Source: Guillardia theta CCMP2712 (Eukaryota; Protista; Cryptophyta). Taken from it: a stretch of 64,000 nt of DNA. A model generated the notes under the pieces. The model was given only the letters and a program-made list of their open reading frames with translations, searched no databases and was not told the DNA's origin. Shown one piece after another: positions 9,522 through 22,501 of this stretch (its first letter is position 1; the number at the start of each line of letters is the position of its first letter). The DNA lies in contig NW_005434477.1 of assembly GCF_000315625.1 (NCBI RefSeq), forward strand, positions 1,841-65,840, in the 5' to 3' direction. The position numbers were made by a program, and so were the translations under genes.

Positions 9522-12341
9522 TTACATGAGGCCGAAGCCTTCGGCGTTGTTGATGGCCGTCATGAGACATCGCCGAAGTCCCGTCTGCCGAAACTCTGCA
9601 CCCTCCCCTTTTTTTTTTTTTCTTTTTTTTCTTTTTNNNNNNNNNNNNNNNNNNNNNNNNNNNNNNNNNNNNNNNNNNNNNNNNNNNNNNNNNNNNNNNN
9701 NNNNNNNNNNNNNNNNNNNNNNNNNNNNNNNNNNNNNNNNNNNNNNNNNNNNNNNNNNNNNNNNNNNNNNNNNNNNNNNNNNNNNNNNNNNNNNNNNNNN
9801 NNNNNNNNNNNNNNNNNNNNNNNNNNNNNNNNNNNNNNNNNNNNNNNNNNNNNNNNNNNNNNNNNNNNNNNNNNNNNNNNNNNNNNNNNNNNNNNNNNNN
9901 NNNNNNNNNNNNNNNNNNNNNNNNNNNNNNNNNNNNNNNNNNNNNNNNNNNNNNNNNNNNNNNNNNNNNNNNNNNNNNNNNNNNNNNNNNNNNNNNNNNN
10001 NNNNNNNNNNNNNNNNNNNNNNNNNNNNNNNNNNNNNNNNNNNNNNNNNNNNNNNNNNNNNNNNNNNNNNNNNNNNNNNNNNNNNNNNNNNNNNNNNNNN
10101 NNNNNNNNNNNNNNNNNNNNNNNNNNNNNNNNNNNNNNNNNNNNNNNNNNNNNNNNNNNNNNNNNNNNNNNNNNNNNNNNNNNNNNNNNNNNNNNNNNNN
10201 NNNNNNNNNNNNNNNNNNNNNNNNNNNNNNNNNNNNNNNNNNNNNNNNNNNNNNNNNNNNNNNNNNNNNNNNNNNNNNNNNNNNNNNNNNNNNNNNNNNN
10301 NNNNNNNNNNNNNNNNNNNNNNNNNNNNNNNNNNNNNNNNNNNNNNNNNNNNNNNNNNNNNNNNNNNNNNNNNNNNNNNNNNNNNNNNNNNNNNNNNNNN
10401 NNNNNNNNNNNNNNNNNNNNNNNNNNNNNNNNNNNNNNNNNNNNNNNNNNNNNNNNNNNNNNNNNNNNNNNNNNNNNNNNNNNNNNNNNNNNNNNNNNNN
10501 NNNNNTCCTCCTCCTCCTCCTCCTCCTCCTCCTCCCTCCCTCCTCCTCCTCCTCCTCCTCACCCGGCTTCAGCTCGTGCGTCTTCATCACTCCAAACTCC
10601 TCATAATCCACTACAAATGAGCGAGCAAAAACTTCCTCCACGTCCCCGTCGAAGTCCAACAGGCTCTGGAGACCACGGGCGAGGCCCGGATTGCAGTCCT
10701 TGAGGTCGAGCAGGCAGGGCTGAAACCCCATCAGCTTCTTGTACACGACCATGGGGAAGTGAACATCGAGGATGACGCTGTTGTAGATTGCGAGGCCGAA
10801 GACTTTCCCTATCAGGTTGAACTCCCTCGCATTCTCCAGGGCCGTGGCAGAGAACCAGAAAGTCCGGCTATCGTCATCGTAGGTGAACATGCCGTAGTTG
10901 AGGTCGAACATTTGCCGGACGATGAGCTGGAAGAATTCCTTCTGGACGCCCCCCTCATCGATTCCTTCCTCCCCCTTGAACACGACCTTGAGCGGCTTCT
11001 TCAAGAACGTCTCGTTCCCGTCCTGCTGCGCAGAGATCTGAACGAGCGTATCCCTGATCAAGTTCTCCCTCCTCACCTTGAGGATGAGGTAGGGGCACTC
11101 GTTCCCTCCGAAGATGCTGCGGAACAGCGCGGACCTGATCTGCGTCCTCATCTGGTTGTTGGCGTCCAGCTGGAGAAGCTTCGACTTAGTGGAGGGGTCG
11201 AGGACGAAGGGATGGTCGCAGAAGGAGAAGGGACAACGCTGAGTGTCCTTCCATCTCGCAAAGTCCTCCGTGAAGTCGACGAGCTCGTTGATCGCGTCGT
11301 TGTAGAACTCCTTGTACGAGACCCTTGTCCTGCTCTGGTTGCTGCCCCACAGGATCTTAAGGACCTTGGTGGCAGACGCGACGTGGTCATCGATGCAACG
11401 GAACTCGTTCACATAGATGGTGATGAACTGTTGGAAGGCAACGACGATCTCGCGGAACGCCTCCTCCTCCACCTCCTCCAGCCATCGCTGCAGGATGTCT
11501 CGGTGGTCCTGCTTCAGCTGATTGACGGAGCTGCAAACCTTCTTGAAGATGCTGTTGTAGAACTCCGGCTCCATCAGGCCCGGCCAGAGGAGGAGGACGA
11601 CGAACATCCGCAGGTGCTCCAGCTTGTTGCTCGTCCCCGTACCAGCAGGCGGGGCGCCAGCTTGCTCAGAAGCCCCTCGAACGCCAACGCTACCATGTCG
11701 TTGACGATGCTGTCGGTCAGAGCACCCTCTCCATTCACCATGGCTATGGGCTTCCGGCACTTTGCCATGGCGGCGAAGGCCTCGCTAACCGCATCGAAGT
11801 CGATGCCCGAGCTCTCCTCGTTGGCCCTGCATGGCCGCCCGTTCTTGAGGAAGCTCCAGCTCGCCGACTCCGAGCTAGACAGGCACCTCTTGATCGCGTC
11901 TGCAAGCTCCAGCTGCGTGCTCACGTTGGACTCAGCAGACGTTGCTGCCTGCAAGAGCTTCTTGAGGGGCACAAGCTCAGCTGAGGTAGAGCTGGCCTCC
12001 GTCCACTGCAGGCTCTCCGGGATGGTCACGGCAGCTCCAGCACACAGGAAGTGGGTCGTGCTCTGCGCGAGCTTCACGGCCAGGAGGGCGGCCGAGGTGG
12101 GGTCGAGCCGGGGCCCTTCAGGGCAGGAGAAGCAGTTCCTGTTGGTGCAGTAGACGGTACCGCACCCCATGGTGATCTGATTGAAGTAGCTGTAGATTAG
12201 ACTCCTGCATGAGTCGTAGTCCGGGCTCGGCGTGTAGGACGGCAGGGCGTCTCTCCCTCCTCCTCCTTCAGCAGCTTCCCCGTGCAGAGATGAGCGCTCC
12301 TCACTGCCTGCTACCTGCATCCTCTCCCTCGACCCGTTCAT
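9522..12341 (-). CDS. UBE3A/E6AP-like HECT E3 ubiquitin ligase with N-terminal AZUL zinc finger; interrupted by assembly gap; apparent frameshift near 11652
   Basis: AZUL-like LIYSYFNQITMGCGTVYCTNRNCFSC; EFYNDAIN, FSFCDHPFVL, LKKPLKVVFKGEEGIDEGGVQKEFFQL, GLAIYNSVILDVHFP; terminal exon LMTAINNAEGFGLM* at 9522 on the far side of the gap. Confidence 0.92.
9637..10505. other. Assembly gap (N run) within the HECT gene, flanked by poly-T and (TCC)n
   Basis: Run of n. Confidence 1.
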
Positions 12342-13409
12342 GTGCTCGTCGCCTCCTTTGGAGGCGCTGGGCGCCCCTGCCCCTGCGACTGGGTCAATCG
12401 CAATGCATCACATCCGACACGTCGACTTCTCTCACCGTTGTGACTCGCAGCATGCGATCCCTGGAGAGGACTCGACGACGACTCTAGCCCTCGTTCCTCA
12501 TTGTCGTCTCTGCACATGTCGTCTTTCTTGTCCATGATACCACCTCCCAGACAAGGGCGGGGCCTTGGCTGCGGTTACAAACCTCGGAGCTCCCCTCTAC
12601 ACCTTCACAAGGCCATGGGGTTTCTTCTCTGATGAGCCCCTTCCAACAAGTCGAGAGGGCTTCTACCTGCACGAAACATGAGAACTTCACCGAGGCCACC
12701 TGCTGGTTCAGCGTTTGTCTTTCCAACTTTCCTTGCAGCAAGCACGCTTGCTCAAGCACCCACATACATCAGCTCCTTCAGCTACATGCTCGATCTCCCT
12801 ATCTTCACATCTCATCGCAGAACCTACTTCTGACCATCTCCTCGCACCAGCGCGCCAATTCGCACGGCCAAGCGGATGCTGCATCTACAATGTTCTATCC
12901 AACGAAGGGAGTAGGAGAGCTGTCAAGGTTCAAGAAAGGTGTGAGACAAGAAGAAAGAAAGCTGGATGGGAGGGTAAGGCGGAGTTTTCTTGATAGCTGA
13001 AGAGCCGAGGTCAACCTCCATCCTATTGCTCACTTTATCCTTGTCCGCTTTCATCCCCCACCCCCACCCCTCCCACCTCTCTCTGTCTCTTGTTCTCCTG
13101 CACACAGAATATAGCTTATCAGCTCTTCTCATCTCAATGCGCAATCGCTGTCAGCATCCTCCATCCTCCATTGAAGCGTCCTCACTTCCAGGAAACCTGA
13201 TACGGCCGTCTCGCTTCGATTTTCACTTTATCTCGCTCCCTTCCCTTCTTCCTCTGCGCGTGCCATGGCTTCATCGTCGTCATGCTCGCCGCTTCTACTG
13301 GGCATGTTTGCATCCTCTCATCGAGTCTGTCCCTCCCCTCCCCTTCCTCCTCCTCCCTCCTTCTTTCCCTGTCTCCTCCCCTAGTGTCTGCATAGAAGGC
13401 GATCGATAA

Positions 13410-14470
13410 TACCACCGCACCCCCACCCCCCACCCCTCTATCCGAACCTTCACCCCACCACCACCTACTTCCTTCGCCCACCCTGCACAGATGTACCCCA
13501 CCTTTTCGTACACATAGGACAAAGTACCACCATATTGATATCAAAGTACCCCTCACTTATCCCATGGGGAACAACAAAATTTCACCCCCACCCACAATTT
13601 TGTGTCCCCCCCAACAAAGACTCATCTGTACCCCTACAACCCATTCCCCATTCAAGGTCAGCCTCACTCAATCGATTTTCAGACGGATAAACACCAAATA
13701 TTACTCCAAGTTTTGAAAATTTCCAAAAAGAAAAAACACGAAATGTCCAGCACGTTTGAAGTCATACCACCCCCCTTTTCCCCTACATTCCTAGGTACCT
13801 CCACCGAGAGGGAATGGATGAGCCGGTTGGCTTGATGGTGCCGGGCCCACCTCAGCCTTCTTGAAGAGCGGGTGCCGCGTGCGGCTCTCAGTCCGTGGCA
13901 CGGTGACCGTCGGACGACGGTGCGCCCGGGCCGCGGGCGGCCCGGGCGGGAACTTGGCTTAAAACTGGTTGCCATCAGGGCCGATTGCCAGCCTGCCCTG
14001 TCACGGTGCAGCCCGGAACCGTTCGGTTGAATCGTTGAAAGTTCCGACAAACGGTTCACGGTACCGTGTACTAGGCCGCGGCACTGCACCAGCCGCCGGC
14101 GTACGGTCATCCGACCAGCCTTGACCGTACCGTCCAGGACGGGACTGAGGCTGCCGCCGTTCTAGCTGCCAGCCTCAGTGACCGTCGGACTACTGGCGAC
14201 CCGCCGTCACGGTCGCGGCGGCCGCCGCTCCCGGCGGCCTGATCGGGGGCAGTGCCATCACTCGGAGTCCGAGTACCGTGCGAGTCACGTGGATGGCAAG
14301 GGTTCAAGGTGATACATCCGAGTGGACGGTACAAGTTCACCGAGTTGCAACCGGTATGTTGCATGAAATCACTGCCACATTCAGTGTACGGCAAGTGGCG
14401 CCGCCTTAATCGCGGCAGTGGTCACCAACGGTTGACAGTCAGTCACTGCTGGTTGCCAGCAGCCATTGAG
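13410..14470. promoter_or_regulatory. Composite intergenic island 3: TACCCC zone (13410-13800) plus GC palindrome core (13820-14470)
   Basis: ccccaccccc, gtacccc words, then gcccgggccgcgggcggcccgggc, cggtaccg, gagtccgagtac words; upstream of the HECT gene. Confidence 0.5.
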
Positions 14471-14499
14471 TAGCAACGAGTGACCGTCACTGACGCTGC

Positions 14500-16120
14500 T
14501 CACAACAACCCGCAATCCTGAATGACAACCTGACAGGCAACAGGAGTCAGGGGAAGCCCCCGCCTCCCCTCCTACCCTCACACCGACATCTCACCTTTTC
14601 CTTGGGCTTCCCTGAGTTGACTCCTTTGTCAAACAGCCCAGACTTGGTCTCGAGGGAATCGAGTTTCTGAAGGAAAGCAAGCATTGGCTTGAAGACATTC
14701 AGAATGACTGGTAGTCGCACCTCAATCACGTCCAGCCCTTCGATCACTTTGCCAAATGCCTGTGTAGGTCTGATCAGATGAGGAGTAGCAGGAGGAGGCA
14801 TCGGCCAGCAGGGAAAGCAAAAGGAGGCAGAGGAGCGGCAGACGAAGCAGAAGAAGGAGGAATAGCAGGAAGAGGGGAGGGAGGCGAAGGGACTGAGGAA
14901 GCAGGGTGGAGCCATGAGAGAAGGGTTACCACATATTTGTTGTCGAAAATTTTCGAATATCCTACATGAAACGTGAGTGAAGGATCTATCCCTTGGTTCG
15001 TTCGGTCTCCCACCCATATCTATTTCTCTCCTGGTGCTGATGAAGAAACGCGAGTCGACCTGGAGACTTCATGTCAAATGCGATTTCAGCTCCCCTCTTC
15101 TTGCTCACTGTCTTCTCCAACGTGTTCTGCATGGAAACGATTCCTGGCGCTGTGTGCATGATCTTGAAGTTTTCCTTCACGCAAAAAAGTTATCCATCTC
15201 AACGCTCCCATCGGCTCTTCACCTGCTCGAACGGCTCGCCGTCGTTGATCGCTGGTTTCCCGCTCCTTCCGTTGTTGTTCAGGACCTGCAAGGCCACTCT
15301 CACTTGCTCAGCAACGTTGTGCTCCATCTGATACATCTCCTGCCGAGATCTGAAGTCCTTGCACAATACGGTAGAACTCCGTGCCCTTGTACCCGTAGCC
15401 AGGGGAACCTTTCACCAAGCCCTTGAAGTTCTCAACAGTCTATGAAGATGAGCGAGAGAATGAGTTGAGGGCATCGGCCATGTTGCAGCATCACCTTAGG
15501 AACGATGCCTCCATACAGCCCTATTACGATCCTGCTCGTGTTCTTTGAGTCTCCAATCGAAACGTCAAAGTATGCCTTGTCAGTGACCTGTTGTACAAAG
15601 AGATGTCAGTCTTCCACGACGATTGAAAGAAGAAACGAACTTGAGCTTTCGCGTTCCCTTCCGGCGTAGTCAGGTCGATCGAAGCAGACGTATCCACTGT
15701 AGCCGTGCCCTCCTTGGCGCCAGCACCCGCCGATGCCTAAAATTGTTAGAGCCCATTGAGCAGGCAGAGGAAGAATACCACAAAAGAAGAAATGAGCAGG
15801 ATGGAGCCCAGCATGCTCCTTCGTCCCATGGTCTCCGAAATATCCGAATTCATAGTAACAATATCAGCATGTCGCCTCTCACGGGTGCAGGGCATGTTGC
15901 CATGGCGGAGGAGAGGCAGAGTCCCTCCCGTGAACGCCAGCGATCCTTCCAACGAAGACATCAAGACCATGCACACAAGAAACGCGCTCCGCGATGACGA
16001 CGAGGATGAGGATGAGGATGCGTATCTCAATGGATATGAAGAAGATGACGAGGAGGTCGAGGAGGTCGATGCTGAACAGCGTCTGCGGGCGCCATGAACT
16101 ACCGCGCCCGAGGCCGCCAT
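14500..16120 (-). CDS. Cyclophilin-type PPIase-like protein, probably plastid thylakoid lumen; multi-exon
   Basis: [106 protein letters not shown]; leader has signal+SLAF and twin-Arg GRRSMLG. Confidence 0.9.
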
Positions 16121-16463
16121 TGCTCCGCCGCCCGCCTCAGAGATCGATATCTAATTTCTTGACTCGGGATTAAGGGGTCTTAATTTCCTAATTCTGCTCG
16201 ATAATTCAGATCACGGCCGCCCGGTTTCAGTTTAAAAGAATCTTTTTAAAAGTCACGGAACCACCACGACGGTCACGTGGCCCTCGATAGAATCTGCTGT
16301 ACTCTCCAACAGTAGTACTGTTTCTGCGACGAAGCATCTGCGGCGCTCAACACTCTGGCAGGCAAGCATGGACGAGTAAGTCGACGCGCCGGTACGGGCA
16401 TGTCATGTCACGTGTGTCGGACGTTTCATTCCAACGAAACAAATAAAGTATGAATAAAGTATG

Positions 16464-17524
16464 CTACATCTGTTGAGCTCTGTGGCTCTTGATCGAAAAC
16501 CACCACTTCCCACCCATGTACTCCCTTCTTGCATCAAGATCAACCCCCACGCACCTTGCGAACATGTGAAGCTGTCTAGCGACAAGTTTCACTTGTGCGA
16601 CATGCTGTTCATCCTTGCAACAGTCATCGGACGAGCTTGCTCTCCAACAACGAAGTTCTTTAGGAATCCACTCGCACTGGCATGAGTCCCATCCCTTCTC
16701 CCTTGCAAGATTCCATAAGATGGCAGACACGATGACGGATGGTTTAACATGATTCTCGGCGATCAAATGGCTGAGCTTGAGGTAGATGTCAGCGACATCC
16801 CTCAGAGCATTTCTTTTTGTTTCTGGCGCCAAGTCCAGAACACAGGAGAGCAGCCTCGAAGTTGTGACGGGTTGAAGGTTGAAATCAAGCGCTTCCAGTA
16901 CGGCCCATTCTGCATCACGAATCTCATCCTCGTCCACTTGAAACGGTTGCAACAAAGGTACTAAGTCGCAGATCCGTACAGCGTAGGTTTCGCAAAGTTT
17001 CAAGGCCGTCAGCATGCAGGCTACAGGCAGTAATACTGATTTGCGGAAAGATTGGACCAGTTTCTCGTTCTGCGAGCATCGTTGCAAGTAGTTCATGGAC
17101 AAGGCAATGACTTCTGAATCCATATCATCCATGATGCCAACTGAATGACAAAGCTGTAAAGAAACGAAGGATCAGAAAAGAATCAATCTGCGAGCAAGAT
17201 CTTTACCTCAAGGACAACTTGAATGCTTCTAATCATTGTGACGGGATCCGTGCACTCTTGCTTCTTCAATTCCACCTCGTCTTGAAGGAGAGCATGAAAG
17301 TGTCGCATCTGCTCTTCCGATCCCCTACACTCCTCGACTTGCATACACTGCCCACGGTCAACTCTGCACAATTTCTGCACCGTGCACTCAGTCTCATCAG
17401 CTGGTCTTGCTCGCTTCTGTCTTGAAGTTTGTTGAGCTGAGAGTGTAGAGGGTTCTTGGTGTTCTTGCGCAGTGCTGCCGGTGCTTGCTTGGAGGATCGC
17501 AGGAATGGAAGGAGTGAGTTGCAT
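16464..17524 (-). CDS. Cyclin (cyclin-box protein, divergent D-like); intron ~17154-17206
   Basis: IRSIQVVLE|LCHSVG..EVIALSMNYLQR..LLPVACMLTALKLCE..IRDAEWAVLEALDFNLQPVT matches the cyclin N-box pattern. Confidence 0.85.
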
Positions 17525-17779
17525 CCTCTACGGTAGCTGCTCAACGTTTTCTCAGGCAAGCTCTCTCCCTTACCCTTCTGTCGCTACTGCTCGCTCTCCC
17601 TCGTGTTGTCCCTCGAGCCCCTAGCGTCTGCTTGTCTCCTCGCCTCCACGCCTTGTTGTTCCTTGGTCGACCTCCTGCTCTGGTATAGGCCCTAGTAGCG
17701 CCCCCGAGAGGGAGAGGGGTCCTGTGAGTGGATGTATCATTTACACCGGTCATCCATGTTAATTTGTACCAATATTTTC

Positions 17780-19200
17780 ACAGATGAAGGGTGGGTGATA
17801 CTAGCGTCGTACTCCGATGGGTGGGGTACAGTTCTGACCGAATGTGCGAAAAAACATGATTTCGTTTTTTCACCCCCAGCCCCCCCCTGTGTCTTTCCAG
17901 GAGTGGGTATACCGGCACGACCCCTTCCGTCACATGATTTGCAACCATAATTTCCCACGATATCAAATTTGACATATTAAAAATGGAAATTCTGCCACAG
18001 TTTTGCTGGCTCCTCGATATTTGTCCTCTAAATATGCCCCCTACCCCACGTCTACAACCCTTCATTTTGACCGATCTTCATCCCTACCCCTTACGACTAG
18101 AACAATTCACCTCAACCAGTAGTGTACCCTGCTCATTTCCATAAAACCACCGGGTACTTTTCCAGACGCCTGCAGTATCTGACCACCCACCCCAGACAAA
18201 TCAATCATGTGATAACCCCTTGGTTTTCCCTTCGAACCACCCCTGTCTTGATCTGACGCCCCACATATTCCATATCAGTGCCTGTCTTCTTCGTACAACA
18301 CTCCTTACCCCCTTTGATCAATACCCCTACCCCCCCAAATAACTATAGTACCCCGTAATTCTACTTCGAAATCTTGCATGAGCATGACCCCTACCCATTC
18401 TCCTCCTCAGTCAAACACGCCAACTCTCCCTCAGTTTACTTCAGGGCATTTGGTGTTATAACTATTCACTCTACAATCGACGCCGATTGTACCCCTGGAC
18501 CCCTTTCTTCTAGGTGATAAGTGTAGGGTAGGGTAAACAGAATCTATCATTGATTGGCATGCGTAAAGTACCCCAACCAAGGTCTCAGCCCTGACAGCAC
18601 ATTTTGACCACCCCACCCCACACAAATTACCCCTACCCTCCGATGAAAAAATATGACCACAATCTTGGTACTCCTGACCTATGAATAGTGGCCCATCATT
18701 ATCCCCTGACCCCCGTCAATTGTCGAAAATAGTGTACCCCACCACCTCCACTGACCTGGAAAAACTACCCCACCCTTTGTATTCCCACCGAGGACGCCCG
18801 CTGTGCTCGAGATTTTGCTAAAATTCCGTCCTCCTGAAGCTCAGTTTCCGAATTACCTCCACCCCTTCTATGTCGGTCAAATGAACCCCTGGATTAACAC
18901 CAGGATGGTACCACCATTATTGAGCTTATAATATTATATTGAACCCGGCGTAGTACCAGCTCACCTTTATTACGGTACCTTATCGGTTATTTTTACGTCT
19001 AGCACAGTGTACCGGGCCATATCAGGGCTGTACCGTGCCTCGGAGTCAGACTAATAATCATCGAGTCAGTCGCCGGGCCAGCATGGTCGGGCGCCGGGCC
19101 CGGCCTGTCAGCGCTTGAAGTACTGTAACCGGCCCGGTCCGGGCTCCTCGGACTCGAAGCCGGCCCGCGCCTGCGGTGACTGACACTCCTAGAGGTCTTG
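17780..19200. promoter_or_regulatory. Composite intergenic island 4: long TACCCC zone (17780-18960) plus GC core (18990-19200), between divergent genes
   Basis: Dozens of tacccc/accccac words, then ccgggcccggcc, gtaccg, gagtcag words. Confidence 0.5.
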
Positions 19201-19224
19201 AGGCCAACCCGCCTCGTGTCAGAT

Positions 19225-21768
19225 ATGAAAGTTTTCAAAAAAAGCTCAGCAACAGGGGTGAAAATGGCGTGCCGAACGGTGTTCATGGCGATGGCTTGCC
19301 TGTTCCTCGAGGGCGCAGAGGCATGGTCACTCCTGCGAATCAGCCTGCCGTCATGGACAGAGCACGGGAGACAAGCATGCACAGCGGATGGTCGGCATCA
19401 GGGATGGGGAAATCAGCGATCAGGCATGATGCCACTGGGATCCTGGGCAAGGAGGGGAGGTCGGACGATTCGGATGAGCGGAGATGCAGAGATCGAGCGA
19501 GAAGTCTGGATGATCGAGAAGCCTGGTAACCTCAAACATCTGCAGAAGAAGAAGGACATGCTTCCTCCTCCTGGCCCTGACGAGGTTCGCGTGCGAGTCT
19601 GCGCCATCGGTCTCAACTTCGCCGACGTCTTCACGGTGCTGGGCATGTATGACGCCGCGTCCTCCAAGGAGAACCTTGTCCCTGGTCTAGAGTTCTCTGG
19701 TGTGGTAGAGGCTATCGGTGATCGCCTGCAGAACCGGAAATCTGCGATCGTATCGAGGTCGCCCGACGGGAAGCGAAATGTCCTGGTGTCGTCTCCGGAG
19801 CCCAGTCAGACGAAGGAGGGGGACGGTCAGAAGATCAGAGTTGGAGACAGAGTCATGGGTTTCTCTCGCTTCGGCTCTTTCTCTACGCACCTGAATGTCG
19901 GCTCCTCCTACATCCGACCTATCCCCGACGACTGGACGTTTCAACAAGGAGCATCGTTTGTTGTCCAGGGTTTGACCGCATGGTACGGGTTGGTTGAGCT
20001 TGGACAGGCGCAGGCGGGGAAGCGAGTCTTGATCCACTCAGCTGCAGGAGGTGTTGGCCTCTTCTGCCTTCAGATCTGCCGGCTCTTCGACATGACCCCT
20101 GGTGGCCCGACCTTCTCCCCCCTCCCTCCCCCCCGCCCCCCCGCCCTTTCTTTCCTCCCCAACCCCCAACTCCCAATCTCACTCCCACATCCACTCCCTT
20201 TCTCTCCCTCCCCCTCTCCTCCCCTTCCCCCTCCTTACCTAGTGCCATCAGTTGCCATCGTAGGATCGGAGGAAAAGTCAGCGCTGCTGGCAGAGACCTA
20301 CGGGCTCGAGAAGTCGCAGATTGTAATCAGGAAGCAGAGCCCGCGGTCTGGTGGAGGAGAGGAGGGGGCTGGGGTGGTCTGACTTGCAGTCCTGCGCAGG
20401 AGGTTCAAGGAGGATGTGATTGGAGCTTGTCAGCTTCTGGATGGGAAGTAGGACGTACAGCTCTCGGTCCTCCTGTCTTGCTCAGGGAGTGGGTGCAGGG
20501 GGTATGACGTCATCATGGACTCGGTGGCCGGCAAGTACTTCAGCCCTGGCTACGAGAGGTCGACGCGCTAGTCACACTCGAATCTGACTGGTTCTTGCAG
20601 CTTGAGCCCGCAAGGACGTCACGTTCTCTTCGGGGTGAGTGGAAGGCAGGCAGGAAGGGGAGGAGGAACGAGAGAAGATAGCGAGAAACACGCTGGTTGC
20701 TGACTTCTGATGTCGCAAGGCTGCTTCTTACACTCCACGTGGTGACCTCGGCAAGGTCCACCTCCTTGCTCCTCCTCATCCTTGCTCCTCCTTAGTCCTC
20801 CTCCTCCTCCTCCTTAGTCCTCCTCCTTAGTCCTCCTCCTTAGTCCTCCTCCTCCTCCTCCTCCTCCTCCTCCTTGCTGCACCTCATCCTTCCTCGTCAT
20901 CCTTCCTCCTCCTCCTCCTCCTCCTCCTCCTCCTCCTCCTCCTCCTCCTCCTCCTTCGCTGCTGCTGTTCCTGTCTCAGAGCTGAGGGCTGGTCTCAAGG
21001 TCTGGTGGTCCCTTGAGTTCTGGAGGAGTATAGTCCCCAAGTTCCTCTCCCGGCCCAAGTTGGACGTGCAGAAGATGATCGGGCAGAACAAGGCTGTCTT
21101 AGGATTCAACCTCATCTGGTACTCCTTCCTCCCTCAACCTCAAGTCGCTTCCCCGTTAGCCACCTTGATCGCTTCCTCCCTTGCTCTTGCCTTGCTCTTC
21201 TCTTCCTCCTCCTGCGGTTCCGCATCCTCCGTTGTTCCTCTACAACCTCTTCTACCATTCCCACTCCCCCTGCAACTTCACCCGTTCCATCATGACCACT
21301 TCTAGATTCTCCTCCCTCCCCCTCTCCTCCTCCCTTTTCTCTCCAACTCTCCACCTCCTTCCCTCCCTCCCTCATCTTCACTCTCCCTCTTCTCCTCCCT
21401 CCCTCTTCCCCTCCCTCCCTCTTCCCCTCCCTCCCTCCCTCTCTCTCCCAACGTTTCCTCCTCGCTCTTGTCTCATCCGGTCGCAGGTTGACAGACGGCG
21501 AGACTGACCCCAAGGTCCTGGGCCTCCTCATGGACCAGATGCTTCAGAGGCGCTGGAATCCTCCGATGGTCGGGGCGGAGTTCAGGTTTGATGAGGTGAG
21601 GACGACTCCCTTGCATGCATGAGCTCACGAGAAGCGAGCAGATGCCGGAGGCCCTTCGCTTCTTCAAGAGGTAGGAGGAAGAGGATGGTGACGAGGGTGC
21701 ATGAGACTGACGAGGATGGCAGCGGTCGGAGCGTGGGCAAAGTTGTGGTCAACGTGAGCGAAGAATGA
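19225..21768 (+). CDS. Zinc-independent MDR family oxidoreductase (VAT-1/enoyl reductase-like), probable bipartite targeting leader; multi-exon
   Basis: EVRVRVCAIGLNFADV, PGLEFSGVV, GDRVMG, LTAWYGL, VLIHSAAGGVG, GYDVIMDSVAG, NKAVLGFNLIW, SGRSVGKVVV; leader MACRTVFMAMACLFLEGAEA-W. Start at 19225 or 19264. Confidence 0.9.
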
Positions 21769-21993
21769 GCGAGGGTGTGGTCTACGAGTCGTAGGGGAGC
21801 ACAGGAAGAATTTTCAACATGTCATGTTTGGAACAATTGATTGATTTATTGACATCAACATTTGGAGCAGTACAAAGCTGAATGCTTTGATCCAAGGTTT
21901 CAAAAAACAGGGAAAATCGACAAAGACACCAAACTTCTCATCGACGAGCACATTTGGCCCGAAATTGCGCAGAAATCTTGAAAGCAAAGCAGC

Positions 21994-22501
21994 TTATTTC
22001 GTATCAGATGTCAACTTGAGATCGGAGAGGATCTTCTTGCGAGTCTCCTCGTCTCCGCACTTCACAATGAAACGAATCTCCACAGCACTCTCGTCGTCAA
22101 GAGAGAAACCAGGCGAGACCTGCACGTCAGACAGGTCAGTTCAGCAGCTCAAAGAACCCGTCTTGCCTCCCTTACCCCAGGGTTCTGACGGATGAAGCCC
22201 TTGAGACGCTCCAAGTCAGTGTAGACGAGCTTGTTAGTGTAGTCTCCGCTGCCGCTGACCGTGGCCAGGAGGGACTCAGCGGTCTTCTGAACCTTGCTCA
22301 GACGATCCTGCGTCCCAATCAAGATCTATCACCCTTGCCATGATCTCATCAATCTCCACCGCCATCAACTCAATATCCGTGATCATCATGAGCAGAATCA
22401 TCCGAACAAACACGTCAACTGACCTGCAAGGCAGCAAGTCTCTCCAGGTTCTTCTTGTAAGGAGGCTCCGAGGATCCATCGCCGAGTGCAGAATCCGACA
22501 T
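21994..22501 (-). CDS. Small three-exon hypothetical protein (~110 aa)
   Basis: MSDSALGDGSSEPPYKKNLERLAALQ|DRLSKVQKTAESLL...GFIRQNPG|VSPGFSLDDESAVEIRFIVKCG...SDTK*, all phase-0 GT-AG introns. Confidence 0.65.

Noticed and set aside
17780-18960. TACCCC zones as interstitial telomere arrays
   Set aside because: Words are dispersed and irregular rather than tandem CCCTAA(A)-type repeats.
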